Below are positions 19,195 through 28,485 of a stretch of 64,000 bases of DNA, one piece after another. This stretch comes from a virus. The stretch lies in the IMG/VR virus record IMGVR_UViG_3300048110_000147, positions 1 to 64,000 of that record. The stretch is one strand, 5' to 3'. The position numbers and the translations under genes were made by a program. The notes beneath the pieces were generated by a model. The model was not told where the DNA came from and ran no database searches. It saw only the letters and a program-made list of their open reading frames with translations. Each line of letters begins with the position of its first letter. Within the stretch, counting starts at the first letter, position 1.

Positions 19195-19249
19195 TAGATT
19201 CTCCCTTATGTCAAGGGTATTTATAAATGGGGAGAACCCAATGAGTAAA

Positions 19250-19552
19250 TTATCTTAAACTATTCCACTCTTCTGGAGTAACGTCGTTTAATCTGCCGCG
19301 TTGGTCATTTGGTAGGTTTGGTTCTGGGGGAGTGAGTTCTTCGATACAATCACCAAATGTATCAAACAACCTATTAAATTTCATGCCATACACATGGCAG
19401 AGACCCATGAGAATATTAGCAAGGTCATCGGTATCACTGGGAGACAATGAATCATATTTCCCTTCATCGACTAATCTTAACAACAACTGGAGATCGTCCG
19501 TGATCCCCCAGCAGTTCATGATGTCTTGTTCTAGATCAAATCGATCTTTCAT
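19250..19552 (-). CDS. conserved phage hypothetical protein
   Basis: DRFDLEQDIMNCW. Confidence 0.65.
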   Translation of the reverse strand: MKDRFDLEQDIMNCWGITDDLQLLLRLVDEGKYDSLSPSDTDDLANILMGLCHVYGMKFNRLFDTFGDCIEELTPPEPNLPNDQRGRLNDVTPEEWNSLR

Positions 19553-20508
19553 GCCGCCACCGCCATTTCGACGGCAAGTTCAGCAGCTTTCTTCTTCTTG
19601 ACTTGGTTTGCACCGTACCATGCAGAAGTCATTCGACCGTCGGCAGTACGACCCAACTGGTGATCAGTAAGGTAAGTCACAGAGTTGAATGCCTGCCACC
19701 ATGAACCACGACCGAAGTTTGCGCCTGGTTGAGTCTCTAACAACTCGTATGCTTTCTTTGCATTAGGTGCGAGGTCTTTGTAACCACGTACTTCTGCGGC
19801 AGGTGCCTGTGAAGGGAACAGAGAGTTGTAGTACTGAATCAGAGTGTCAGCAGTGAACTGTCGCTTAGACAACAACTGTGCCATCTCTTTATACTGGTCA
19901 AACTTCTCGTGTGCAAGACCTAGGTGCTCTTTAACCATCTGTGGGTCAAACGCACGTCGGTGGTTTACTTTGATACCGTTGGTTGCAGAACCTTTTAGAG
20001 CGAGGGACAGAGTGTTCATGCAAGTCACACGAACTGGAGTGAATCGAATGTCGATCGACTTACCATACTCGTGTGGGTTAGAGAACAGAAGGTATGAATC
20101 GACTTGATCACCCTTCAGGATGTCGAACGACTCTTTGATGCGAGCCATTGCGTATACGATCTTACCGTCTTTGAGTGAACCCGCAGAGTTCATCTCCATG
20201 TCACCCGCAGAGCAGTAGTCATTGAAGAAAGTAAATGCCTCTTCATTCTGGCATGGTGACCATGCACCACCCACCTGAGTAAGTACAGAGTTGTCGGATG
20301 AACGCACAAGTGCCTCCATACCAGTGGCGATTTTCTCACCGTTGTAATCAGCGTAAGTAGGAACTTTCTCGACCGACCAGTCGACACCAGCTTTCTGCAT
20401 CATCTGTACGGGAGTTAGGTCATTGTTGACTTCGGTACCAATACCCCAAGGGCATTTACCGACAGTCGCAGAAGTTTCGATTTGTAGTACATTGTTCATG
20501 GAAGACAT
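19549..20508 (-). CDS. DUF932/TIGR03299 family protein
   Basis: PW.G.G; QN.EAF.FF; YLLFSN.H; TPVRV.CMNTL; W.AFN.VT.Y.DH. Confidence 0.85.
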   Translation of the reverse strand: MSSMNNVLQIETSATVGKCPWGIGTEVNNDLTPVQMMQKAGVDWSVEKVPTYADYNGEKIATGMEALVRSSDNSVLTQVGGAWSPCQNEEAFTFFNDYCSAGDMEMNSAGSLKDGKIVYAMARIKESFDILKGDQVDSYLLFSNPHEYGKSIDIRFTPVRVTCMNTLSLALKGSATNGIKVNHRRAFDPQMVKEHLGLAHEKFDQYKEMAQLLSKRQFTADTLIQYYNSLFPSQAPAAEVRGYKDLAPNAKKAYELLETQPGANFGRGSWWQAFNSVTYLTDHQLGRTADGRMTSAWYGANQVKKKKAAELAVEMAVAA

Positions 20509-20585
20509 AATATAGATTCCTTATTCAATTGAGTAGCCATTGTATCATATGTTTTGATTACTTGTCAAGGCGTTTTTAAAATAAA

Positions 20586-20786
20586 TTACAAATGATCTGG
20601 GCGGTATTTATTTTGCAGTTCTAACGACTCATCTTCGAGCCCCATCTTTTTGAGACGACCCATCATGACGCGAATCTTTTGAGCCTCATCGCGCCCTCTA
20701 ACATATGCACGATGGTCATCACTGAAGTGATAGGTCCAATCATGACTTTGAAGCATATGTTCTAGCAATTCCATTTCTGGTCTCAT
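20586..20786 (-). CDS. hypothetical early protein
   Basis: HDWTYHFSDDHR.Y.RG. Confidence 0.65.
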   Translation of the reverse strand: MRPEMELLEHMLQSHDWTYHFSDDHRAYVRGRDEAQKIRVMMGRLKKMGLEDESLELQNKYRPDHL

Positions 20787-21085
20787 GCTACAAACTCCGA
20801 CTTGGGTGAGAATCTAGGGTAGAGTCGGAAGTGTGCCAACTCAGTAAGAGTCTGAGTGTACATGATGGGTTCTTGTAAGAACTTCGCATCAAGGGCATCA
20901 TAGAACAGAGAAGCATCATTGTTCATCTCTAACCAGAAGAAGTCATCATTGAAGAATGAATTCTCAGAGATTTTATTGATCTCTACGTTCAGATTGTTGA
21001 TAACACGAACGGGAACCTTCAGGAATGACGCTGAAGGATCAGTGATGTACGTAACTGCGTTGGCAGGGTTAGTATTGAAGCTCAT
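20783..21085 (-). CDS. hypothetical early protein
   Basis: 100 aa ORF, coupled overlaps. Confidence 0.6.
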   Translation of the reverse strand: MSFNTNPANAVTYITDPSASFLKVPVRVINNLNVEINKISENSFFNDDFFWLEMNNDASLFYDALDAKFLQEPIMYTQTLTELAHFRLYPRFSPKSEFVA

Positions 21086-21357
21086 TACACTGACTCCTTT
21101 ACTTTGAGGTTTTGAGAAGACGTATCGATGATAAGGTCACGAACACGTTCACGATCGAGAGAGTCGCCTTGACCCCAAGTTTCATGACGGATAGTACTAG
21201 AGCAGATTTCTAGGTACTGCATAATTGCACGTTCTACAACGGAGACTGACAAACCTTCTACAGGGTAGAGGCCGTCGTAGGCATAAAAGGATAACACGTA
21301 GTTTCGGAATCGAACTAGGTCGGGGTTAGAACGTAATGCAATATAGTTAGTAGTCAT
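21085..21357 (-). CDS. hypothetical early protein
   Basis: FY...GLYP...GDSLDRERVR; first gene of promoter cassette. Confidence 0.65.
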   Translation of the reverse strand: MTTNYIALRSNPDLVRFRNYVLSFYAYDGLYPVEGLSVSVVERAIMQYLEICSSTIRHETWGQGDSLDRERVRDLIIDTSSQNLKVKESV

Positions 21358-21420
21358 AATCAAATCTCTCTTTTCATTAATTTATGTAGCCATTATACAT
21401 CTTTTGGAAACATCTGTCAA
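21355..21420 (-). repeat. 66-bp direct repeat copy 1 (early promoter + leader + RBS + ATG)
   Basis: Identical to 22173..22238 by eye. Confidence 0.9.
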
Positions 21421-21438
21421 GGCATTTAGCTAAATAAT

Positions 21439-21654
21439 TTAGCTTATTTCTTCTACCGTGATTCGGTACTGTTTACCATTGAAGTCAACAACTTCTAATC
21501 GCTTGGCGGTAGATAACATATAACCTTCTTTAGGTTCCAAGTCCATCTTCACGTGACCGACTTGTCGAATGATGCCACCATCATCTTTACCATCCGCAAC
21601 CATTGCGGGTCTAACGATTGTGTGTGCGATATAATCGCAGTATGCCATACTCAT
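21439..21654 (-). CDS. hypothetical early protein
   Basis: 71 aa ORF. Confidence 0.6.
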   Translation of the reverse strand: MSMAYCDYIAHTIVRPAMVADGKDDGGIIRQVGHVKMDLEPKEGYMLSTAKRLEVVDFNGKQYRITVEEIS

Positions 21655-22175
21655 TATACAACTCCTAATAGTGATTCTAATTCATCGAACTGTTCTTCGA
21701 TACCATACATACCCGCCTCTTTCTGGACACGCCAGTCCTCACTGACAGCCTCGTCAAGGTTGGTAAGCGAACATGCGTCTTTACCCATAGAGTCCTGCTC
21801 CCAGCGACGGACACCGACAACCTCGTTTTCGAAATTGAGAACTTTGTTCTCACAGTACAACTTACCGGAGTCTACCGACGCGTAGATCGCGGACTCCCAG
21901 AAATCGATGTGGTCTTCCTCACGGAAGTCAATCATGTCGATAATCGACTCAGAGATGATGTACTCTTCAGCGTACGCAGATGAGTGCTCAATAGATTGCT
22001 TAACATCGGCCCACCACTTAGTGCTGGCGATATCCGCCGCAGAGGCGTTGATGAAATAGGTGTCACCCCCTTTAGGCTTCCAGGCCTGAGGACAGTAACC
22101 CGTGCCGTCCCAATCGTGGGCACCATAGTTCTCACGAAACTGAGTGGAAACAACAACAATAATTGAATTAGACAT
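21654..22175 (-). CDS. hypothetical early protein
   Basis: TQFRENYGAHDWDG.G.CPQ.WK.KGG motif. Confidence 0.7.
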   Translation of the reverse strand: MSNSIIVVVSTQFRENYGAHDWDGTGYCPQAWKPKGGDTYFINASAADIASTKWWADVKQSIEHSSAYAEEYIISESIIDMIDFREEDHIDFWESAIYASVDSGKLYCENKVLNFENEVVGVRRWEQDSMGKDACSLTNLDEAVSEDWRVQKEAGMYGIEEQFDELESLLGVV

Positions 22176-22238
22176 AATCAAATCTCTCTTTTCATTAATT
22201 TATGTAGCCATTATACATCTTTTGGAAACATCTGTCAA
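22173..22238 (-). repeat. 66-bp direct repeat copy 2
   Basis: Identical to 21355..21420. Confidence 0.9.
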
Positions 22239-22269
22239 CGACTAAGCGTGACTTATTTTTGGTAATTAG

Positions 22270-22440
22270 TCACACCTCTCGAACCTTACAGTACGAGTCT
22301 GTGAGGCGGATTACCTCAAGTGTTGCGGTACCACCTGAGTTACTTGATGCGGGAACGTCCCGCACTACGACAGCGGTGCCCACTGCCATGCCAGCACATG
22401 TAGGAAAGTTTTGTAAAACGCATTCGTAAGATAAAGTCAT
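22270..22440 (-). CDS. small early protein (56 aa, not in ORF track)
   Basis: GAGG RBS; promoter at 22468-22495. Confidence 0.5.
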   Translation of the reverse strand: MTLSYECVLQNFPTCAGMAVGTAVVVRDVPASSNSGGTATLEVIRLTDSYCKVREV

Positions 22441-22560
22441 TAGGTAACCTCATTAATTTATGTAGCTATTATACCTGTTTTTAAAATAAAGTCAACACTT
22501 TTCTTAGAACATTTTGGCATAAGAACTTTTTGTATATGCTAAAATAATCTAACCATGCCC

Positions 22561-22589
22561 TTTACATCTGTTTCAAAAACATGTACAAT
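22561..22589 (+). promoter_or_regulatory. divergent early promoter of the same family
   Basis: TTTACA-N17-TACAAT followed by GGCTACATAAATTAAT. Confidence 0.75.
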
Positions 22590-22619
22590 GGCTACATAAA
22601 TTAATAAAGGTATCAATAT

Positions 22620-22928
22620 ATGAAAGTTGCTGTTATCCACACCGCGTTTGAAGATTCGCCTCGAACTGTTGCCTTTGTTGCCGTCGGCAATCGTACTGGT
22701 GATGAAGCCCTTGAGTATGCATATCACCGCACCCAGAACCTTGGTGGTTCATGGAGTCGTGATGACATCGAAAATAACCCAGACTATTCAGAAGATGTGA
22801 CTGTGATGGCAGACCTTCCGGTTCACGAAGGTGTGACGTATGGTTTGCGGTCTACCTCGATGGGTGACCAGATGCTTCTTGGTAATGAGAAGTACAAAGT
22901 TGCAATGTGCGGTTTCGACCGCATCTAA
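22620..22928 (+). CDS. hypothetical early protein
   Basis: LEYAY..TQN..GSW...RSTSMGD. Confidence 0.7.
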   Translation: MKVAVIHTAFEDSPRTVAFVAVGNRTGDEALEYAYHRTQNLGGSWSRDDIENNPDYSEDVTVMADLPVHEGVTYGLRSTSMGDQMLLGNEKYKVAMCGFDRI

Positions 22929-23341
22929 TCTTTGGGTAGATGCTTCGCGTGGATCTTGCATCCAATGAACGCGTTGTAGAAATCATCCCTGAGTAGAACG
23001 TCGTACTCGAACTGTAGTTTTGCTTCGTAGTACGAACACTCCCCTTTGGTGCGGCAGAGTTTCAGAATCTCTCTTTTGAAATTCTCTGCACCTTTCTCTT
23101 CAACTAGGGATTTTACTTCCTGACTTGAACCAAAATATTTCTTCCAGTCTGACACTACTCGCGTCTTAACTTTGCGCTTTCGTGTCTTGGTCACTGGCAG
23201 TGTTTTAGGCTTCCAAAAGAACTTCTTACCGATATACTTTTTACCAGTACTAAGTTCAGTGATGAGGTAGACGAACCCTTGATAGTCTTCTAAAAAGGAT
23301 TCTTCGGGATCGAACAATGTGTCTTCAAATAGCCATTCCAT
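22925..23341 (-). CDS. GIY-YIG-like nuclease
   Basis: GFVYLIT...GKKYIGKK; SDWKKYFGS; YYEAK. Confidence 0.75.
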   Translation of the reverse strand: MEWLFEDTLFDPEESFLEDYQGFVYLITELSTGKKYIGKKFFWKPKTLPVTKTRKRKVKTRVVSDWKKYFGSSQEVKSLVEEKGAENFKREILKLCRTKGECSYYEAKLQFEYDVLLRDDFYNAFIGCKIHAKHLPKD

Positions 23342-23345
23342 GCAC

Positions 23346-23903
23346 CTACTTATAGGTCATGTAAGTCCGTATGAAATATGGTTCACCTTGGGATACTGTC
23401 TTGGACCATTCTTGTGCTGCTTCATCATCCGCTTGGTCACTGACATATTTGTAACAATGAAATTCTACATCTGCATCCTGACAGACTTTTGCGATAGCAT
23501 ATGCTTCCATCTCTACTAGGTCAGCAGGAATCTCAAGATTTGGATCTGCAACAAAGTTGTCTCCCGTACTGCAAATCTTTCCGGTTTCCCACTCTATATC
23601 ATGAACGTGACCTAAGATGACTCCGTCCTCGAATGGTGTCTGGCCAGGACTGTATCCTAGACCCGCACATGACATATCGCGTTGCACGAACTTGTCTACT
23701 CTATGCAGACCACCGTCTATTGTGATACCTCCGGCAGTACCGAAGTTGAATACCCTCTCTGGTTTATGTCTCTCGATTAGTTTTGCAGCAGTCATCGCTG
23801 CATTTACTTTACCGACTCCAGTGAAGAATACATTGTTCCACTTAGACATCCTAGGTGCTTCTAGTTCTAGGGCGATGAGAATAAGGTCCTTAATTTCAGT
23901 CAT
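23346..23903 (-). CDS. mtnN: MTA/SAH nucleosidase (PNP_UDP_1 family)
   Basis: GVGKVNAA, NFGTAGG, TGDNF, VEMEAYAIA, VSD.AD. Confidence 0.85.
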   Translation of the reverse strand: MTEIKDLILIALELEAPRMSKWNNVFFTGVGKVNAAMTAAKLIERHKPERVFNFGTAGGITIDGGLHRVDKFVQRDMSCAGLGYSPGQTPFEDGVILGHVHDIEWETGKICSTGDNFVADPNLEIPADLVEMEAYAIAKVCQDADVEFHCYKYVSDQADDEAAQEWSKTVSQGEPYFIRTYMTYK

Positions 23904-24411
23904 AGGTTACTACACTAAAAGTGTCCATATCTAATTTTGATGACCCACCAAGAAAGGCAAGGTCGATAACAGACGCATAACACATGTTTTCAACACCAAA
24001 GGTTTTCAACAACTCAGAGACTGCAAGTGCTGTACCTCCGGTCGCATTGACATCATCGATGATACATACGTTACTATTAGAGTTGAGTTTTGCGTCAGCT
24101 TTAATTTGTAACACCCCGCTAGCGTACTCGTAGTCGTACGACTTAGACTTTCGTGGGGGTGGTAGTTTGTTTGGTTTGCGTATCATATGGAGCGGTACCC
24201 CCAGTAGAAACGCTATAGGAGAACTCCAAAGGAATCCCCTGGCGTCCGGTGACACTATATCGGTGATACCTCGTGTAGTACAGAATTTCATCAGACTTTC
24301 TATACTATATTCAAACGCACGAGGGTTCACCAATATACCGCTTATATCTTTATACTGAACACCCTTGATAGGATAGTCCGGTACATTTCTAATCACATCT
24401 TTAAGATCCAT
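23896..24411 (-). CDS. apt: adenine phosphoribosyltransferase
   Basis: VPDYPIKGVQYKDI; DARGF; RKPNKLP; IIDDVNATGGT. Confidence 0.9.
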   Translation of the reverse strand: MDLKDVIRNVPDYPIKGVQYKDISGILVNPRAFEYSIESLMKFCTTRGITDIVSPDARGFLWSSPIAFLLGVPLHMIRKPNKLPPPRKSKSYDYEYASGVLQIKADAKLNSNSNVCIIDDVNATGGTALAVSELLKTFGVENMCYASVIDLAFLGGSSKLDMDTFSVVTYD

Positions 24412-24413
24412 AA

Positions 24414-24551
24414 TTAATATTCATCTTCCTGTACTGCGTCTGCATCTGCGCCACACATAGGACAATGACGGGGCACCTCATCTTCATAAGGTACCCGTAT
24501 CACAGTTTCAATATCGCAGATAGGACACTCAATGGTGTACTCTTTATCCAC
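24414..24551 (-). CDS. small zinc-ribbon protein (45 aa, GTG start)
   Basis: CPIC...CPMC. Confidence 0.55.
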   Translation of the reverse strand: MDKEYTIECPICDIETVIRVPYEDEVPRHCPMCGADADAVQEDEY

Positions 24552-25526
24552 CTATGCTACCTCTGCTTCCAACTCTTCCCATCCGTAGTCTTCACCTTCC
24601 ATACCGGCTACTGAATATTCGGTTACACGTTTCTCAAAGAAGTTGTCGTGTGATGCTCCATTCAGTACCCAATCCAACCACGGTAGAGGATTTGTTTTTT
24701 GTTTGAACAATGGCTTCAGACCTAACTGAAGTAGTCGACGGTCAGCAATGTGACGTATGTAGTCGCGTACTTCCTTCTTGGTTAGACCCTGTACATTGTT
24801 ACCTTTAAACGCAAGTTGAATGAACTTGTCTTCTAGTGCGACAGCATTCTCTGCCATCTGATATATCTTTGACTTGAGTTCATCATTGATGATACGTGGG
24901 TGTTCATCCGTAAACTCACGGAACAACTTTGCGTTACCCTGTACGTGGATAGTTTCATCACGGATGGACCATTCCACGATTGTCGCCATACCCTTCATCT
25001 TTCCAAAACGTTGGAAGTTTAGTAGCATGACAAACGATGCGAATACTGACATACCTTCGTTGAACACAGACTGTGCCAACGCAAGTGCAAGACCCATATG
25101 ACTAGAGACGTTACCGTCTTTCATGAAATTGATCTTGTCTGCCATCTCAGTATATTCTAAGAATGCATGGTACTCTTCATCTGGTAGACCTAGAGTATCA
25201 TTAAGAAGAGCATACGCACGTTGGTGTACCCCTTCACGGTTTGCGAACGAGGACAGCATGTTACGCACCTCGTTATTCTTGAACTTTGGTATTAATAGTT
25301 CGTGGTAGTTCTCACCTACCTGTACGTCTGACTGCGTGAACAATCGTAGTACATGTGTGATGAATACTTTCTCATCTTCAGACAGTTTGGTTTTCCAATC
25401 CTGTACGTCTTCGGACAATTCTGCTTCATCTTCGATCCAATGGATCTCTTCGTGTTTCTTTGTTAGTTCAACCGCCCAAGGATATAGGAACGGTTTATAT
25501 GTTTCTGAAAATTTAAGTAACGACAT
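24552..25526 (-). CDS. nrdB: class Ia ribonucleotide reductase beta subunit
   Basis: FTQSD, E.VH..AY, EG..F.SF, RDETIH, NFFEKRVTEY. Confidence 0.96.
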   Translation of the reverse strand: MSLLKFSETYKPFLYPWAVELTKKHEEIHWIEDEAELSEDVQDWKTKLSEDEKVFITHVLRLFTQSDVQVGENYHELLIPKFKNNEVRNMLSSFANREGVHQRAYALLNDTLGLPDEEYHAFLEYTEMADKINFMKDGNVSSHMGLALALAQSVFNEGMSVFASFVMLLNFQRFGKMKGMATIVEWSIRDETIHVQGNAKLFREFTDEHPRIINDELKSKIYQMAENAVALEDKFIQLAFKGNNVQGLTKKEVRDYIRHIADRRLLQLGLKPLFKQKTNPLPWLDWVLNGASHDNFFEKRVTEYSVAGMEGEDYGWEELEAEVA

Positions 25527-25566
25527 AATAGACCTGTATTATAAGTTGTATGTAAGGCATCTGCCC

Positions 25567-27561
25567 CTATCCTTCACAAGCTCGACATTCGTCTCCATCA
25601 TCTACAGACAGTGTGATGTCCGTTTTCAATTGGAGCATAAGATCTTCATAACCACCAATGTATCTTCCTTCTATGTAAATCTGAGGGACCGTCGTAACAT
25701 CTTTTCGACCAGTGACCTCTGAGGCCGTCTTCTTGATGACCTCAAGGTCTATGTAATCGAATGGTACTCCCTGTAAGAGTAACTCTTCTTTGGCTTTGGT
25801 ACACCAAGGACAGTTAGCCTTTCCATAGATTATCGTCCGGTTGTCATCCATTAATGCAACCCGTTCGACTTTGTCTGATACCGTCTCCGCACGAGAACTT
25901 GCCTCTGTGCGCAAATAGTATAGACCTTTCAACCCTTTTCTCCACGCGTTAAAATGCACCTTATTGACGTATCGCTTAGGGGCACCGGAAGGGAAAAAGA
26001 GATTGACTGACTGACCCTGACAAATAAATGGTTGTCGGTCTGCCGCGTGTGTCACCACCCAATTCTGGTCTAGTTCTTGTGCGGTCTTGTAGATTGCCTT
26101 CTCACCTTCGTTAAGGAAAGGTAGGTGTTGCACCGACCCTTTCTTGGTGATAATGCTGGACCACGTAGATTCGTTATCATGACCCTTCTCTTTGAGGAGT
26201 TGGGTCAGATAAACATTCTTCACTAGGAAAGAACCAGCACGAGTTCTATGCGTATAAGCACATGCCTTCAGTGGTTCAATCGATGGTGACGTTGATAAAA
26301 TGACTCCCGACGACGCGTTTGGTGCTATTGCTATTAGATGCGCATTACGCATTCCTGAACCTAAACCGTCTGAGTATTCACCTCGCTCTTTCGCAAGGAG
26401 CCGTGACTCTTCTGTTGCTTGTTTGTTGATATTCTGAAAGACAACCTTATTTATCTCTCGTGCTTTATCAGACTCCCAAGCGACAGAGTGTTTCTGTAAG
26501 AGTGAATGGAATCCCATTGCACCCAATCCAATCGAGCGTTCACGAGCAGCAGAGTATCTTGCACGTGAAATGCTGTCTGGTGCGTTCTCGATAAAGTACT
26601 CAAGAACATTATCCAACATGCGAATAAGGTCTCGCACGATGTTGGTATCTTTCCACTCATCATAGTATTCTAGATTGAGTGATGAGAGACAACATACCGC
26701 AGTCCTGTCTGGACCTGTCGGCAAGTGAATCTCGTTACATAAGTTTGACCCGTGAATCTTGAGACCCTTTTCCTTCAGTGGCATCGGGAGTGCACGATTC
26801 GCAGTGTCAATGAAATTCAAGTACGGTTCACCCGTACGGAAACGTACCTCAAGGATTCGTTCCCACAACTTACGTGCATTGATGGATTCTTTTACTATGC
26901 CATCTTTCGGATCACGCAAGTCAAAATTTGTGTTGTTTAAGACCGCAGCCATAAACTCATCTGTGATATTTATAGCATTGTGAATGTTCAGAGCTTTCCG
27001 TTGAACGTCACCTGTCGGTATACGGATATTTAGGAATTCTACAATGTCTGGATGATGCACATCTAAGTATGCCGCATAAGACCCCTTACGTGTCTTACCC
27101 TGACGATACGCAATCATGTCCGCATCTACAGTGTGCATGAATGGAATGGGTCCAGGCGCGATGTCAGAGACCGTACGCACGTCTCCCCAGTGTCCACCGA
27201 CACCACCACCCATCACAGATAACCATCTTAGTTCGGATGAATGCTCAATGAGTCCTTCTAGAGTATCTGGTACATAGGTAAGAAAACATGAGATGGGTAG
27301 TCCCTTCGATTTACCTTCATCGGAAGGAGCATTAGACAGTACAGGAGAAGCAAACATAAACCACTTCTTAGAAACATAATCATAAAGTCGTCGTGCAAGT
27401 ACTTCGTCTAGTTGCCCTTTGTACATTGACCATGCGGTTGATGCTCTCGCATATGCATCTTGTGGTGAGTCTTCACCATCGGTCATGTAAAAATCTTTTA
27501 ACATTCCTACTGCATAGTCAGTAAGCAGTTCGTCTCTATCATAATCTACATCAACTGTCAT
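25567..27561 (-). CDS. nrdA: class Ia ribonucleotide reductase alpha subunit with internal glutaredoxin domain
   Basis: ISCF, SNLCNEI, APNASS, LYYLR; CPWC...TVPQIYI Grx domain before terminal CRACEG. Confidence 0.96.
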   Translation of the reverse strand: MTVDVDYDRDELLTDYAVGMLKDFYMTDGEDSPQDAYARASTAWSMYKGQLDEVLARRLYDYVSKKWFMFASPVLSNAPSDEGKSKGLPISCFLTYVPDTLEGLIEHSSELRWLSVMGGGVGGHWGDVRTVSDIAPGPIPFMHTVDADMIAYRQGKTRKGSYAAYLDVHHPDIVEFLNIRIPTGDVQRKALNIHNAINITDEFMAAVLNNTNFDLRDPKDGIVKESINARKLWERILEVRFRTGEPYLNFIDTANRALPMPLKEKGLKIHGSNLCNEIHLPTGPDRTAVCCLSSLNLEYYDEWKDTNIVRDLIRMLDNVLEYFIENAPDSISRARYSAARERSIGLGAMGFHSLLQKHSVAWESDKAREINKVVFQNINKQATEESRLLAKERGEYSDGLGSGMRNAHLIAIAPNASSGVILSTSPSIEPLKACAYTHRTRAGSFLVKNVYLTQLLKEKGHDNESTWSSIITKKGSVQHLPFLNEGEKAIYKTAQELDQNWVVTHAADRQPFICQGQSVNLFFPSGAPKRYVNKVHFNAWRKGLKGLYYLRTEASSRAETVSDKVERVALMDDNRTIIYGKANCPWCTKAKEELLLQGVPFDYIDLEVIKKTASEVTGRKDVTTVPQIYIEGRYIGGYEDLMLQLKTDITLSVDDGDECRACEG

Positions 27562-27896
27562 TAGTATTCCAAAAGTTTGGGCCCATCCTCGTTCAGGGAG
27601 AAGAAACCGCTTTCAAGTAATTTATGTTCTGGGAAAAAATCATGGACCCAGTTATTATATTCATCTTCAGTAAAGATAGAAAACTCTAAGACGACACCCT
27701 TATCTATACAATGTTCTTTTGCAAGATTCCAGTCATTTCTTGTCTTTTCGCTATCACCTATAATGATGAAGAAAACTATATTGCTTTCATATGTGCAATA
27801 CGGTACATTATACTCTGTATAGACCCTTTTGTCAATACCTGACAGAGCATCATACAAAACTTTATTGTTCTTTAAGTGAGAAGGAAGAGTGTTCAC
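27561..27896 (-). CDS. hypothetical protein
   Basis: 111 aa ORF coupled to nrdA. Confidence 0.55.
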   Translation of the reverse strand: MNTLPSHLKNNKVLYDALSGIDKRVYTEYNVPYCTYESNIVFFIIIGDSEKTRNDWNLAKEHCIDKGVVLEFSIFTEDEYNNWVHDFFPEHKLLESGFFSLNEDGPKLLEY

Positions 27897-28231
27897 TTGC
27901 TATAGTCGTAGAACGGTTCGTCTTCCTGATAGTCGTAATCTTCTATTATCATCTGCTTTCCGGTCTCCCAGAACTTCTTACAGCACCTTTCAAGGTACAG
28001 TGACTGTTCTTCGGGGTCAAAGAGACCCTCCCATAATAGATGATTTCTAAATGAGCTCTGAGGATTTTTTACTAGGAATCTTTCGGGATTAAGTTGGGAT
28101 GTAGACTCACCGTCCATTGGGACGTAGATGCACTTGTCCTCATCAAACATGCTTTGCAGCCTGTCGTAATCAGTGTCAAGAAGGTCTTCTAGCAAGACTA
28201 TGAAATAGTCAACTTGGTCTATTACCAACAT
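27893..28231 (-). CDS. hypothetical protein
   Basis: 112 aa ORF, AGGA RBS. Confidence 0.6.
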   Translation of the reverse strand: MLVIDQVDYFIVLLEDLLDTDYDRLQSMFDEDKCIYVPMDGESTSQLNPERFLVKNPQSSFRNHLLWEGLFDPEEQSLYLERCCKKFWETGKQMIIEDYDYQEDEPFYDYSK

Positions 28232-28305
28232 AATACAATCCTTAATTTAAGTGTAGAATTATATAGTATTATGTTGGGTTTGTAAAGGGGTAAATCGAAC
28301 TTTTT

Positions 28306-28485
28306 TTAAAATTTATTTGGAAACACTCGTTTCAATACTGCGGCGGCATCCTTGCGCTTCTTTTTGCGGTCATGCTTTTTTCGTACGATTACAGTATCGG
28401 AATCTTCCCCTGTGCCTGCGACACCAGAAGTGTTGTTCGTTATCTCTTCTTGGAACTGCTTCATGAATTCTTTATATGTTTTCAT
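28306..28485 (-). CDS. small putative internal head protein (59 aa, not in ORF track)
   Basis: Starts MKTYKEFMKQFQEE (cf. T4 IP CTS MKTYQEFIAE); basic tail. Confidence 0.6.
   Translation of the reverse strand: MKTYKEFMKQFQEEITNNTSGVAGTGEDSDTVIVRKKHDRKKKRKDAAAVLKRVFPNKF

Noticed and set aside
21355-22610. Recurrent AT-rich repeats as a CRISPR or mini-array
   Set aside because: Spacing is hundreds of bp with whole genes between, and the repeats are promoters
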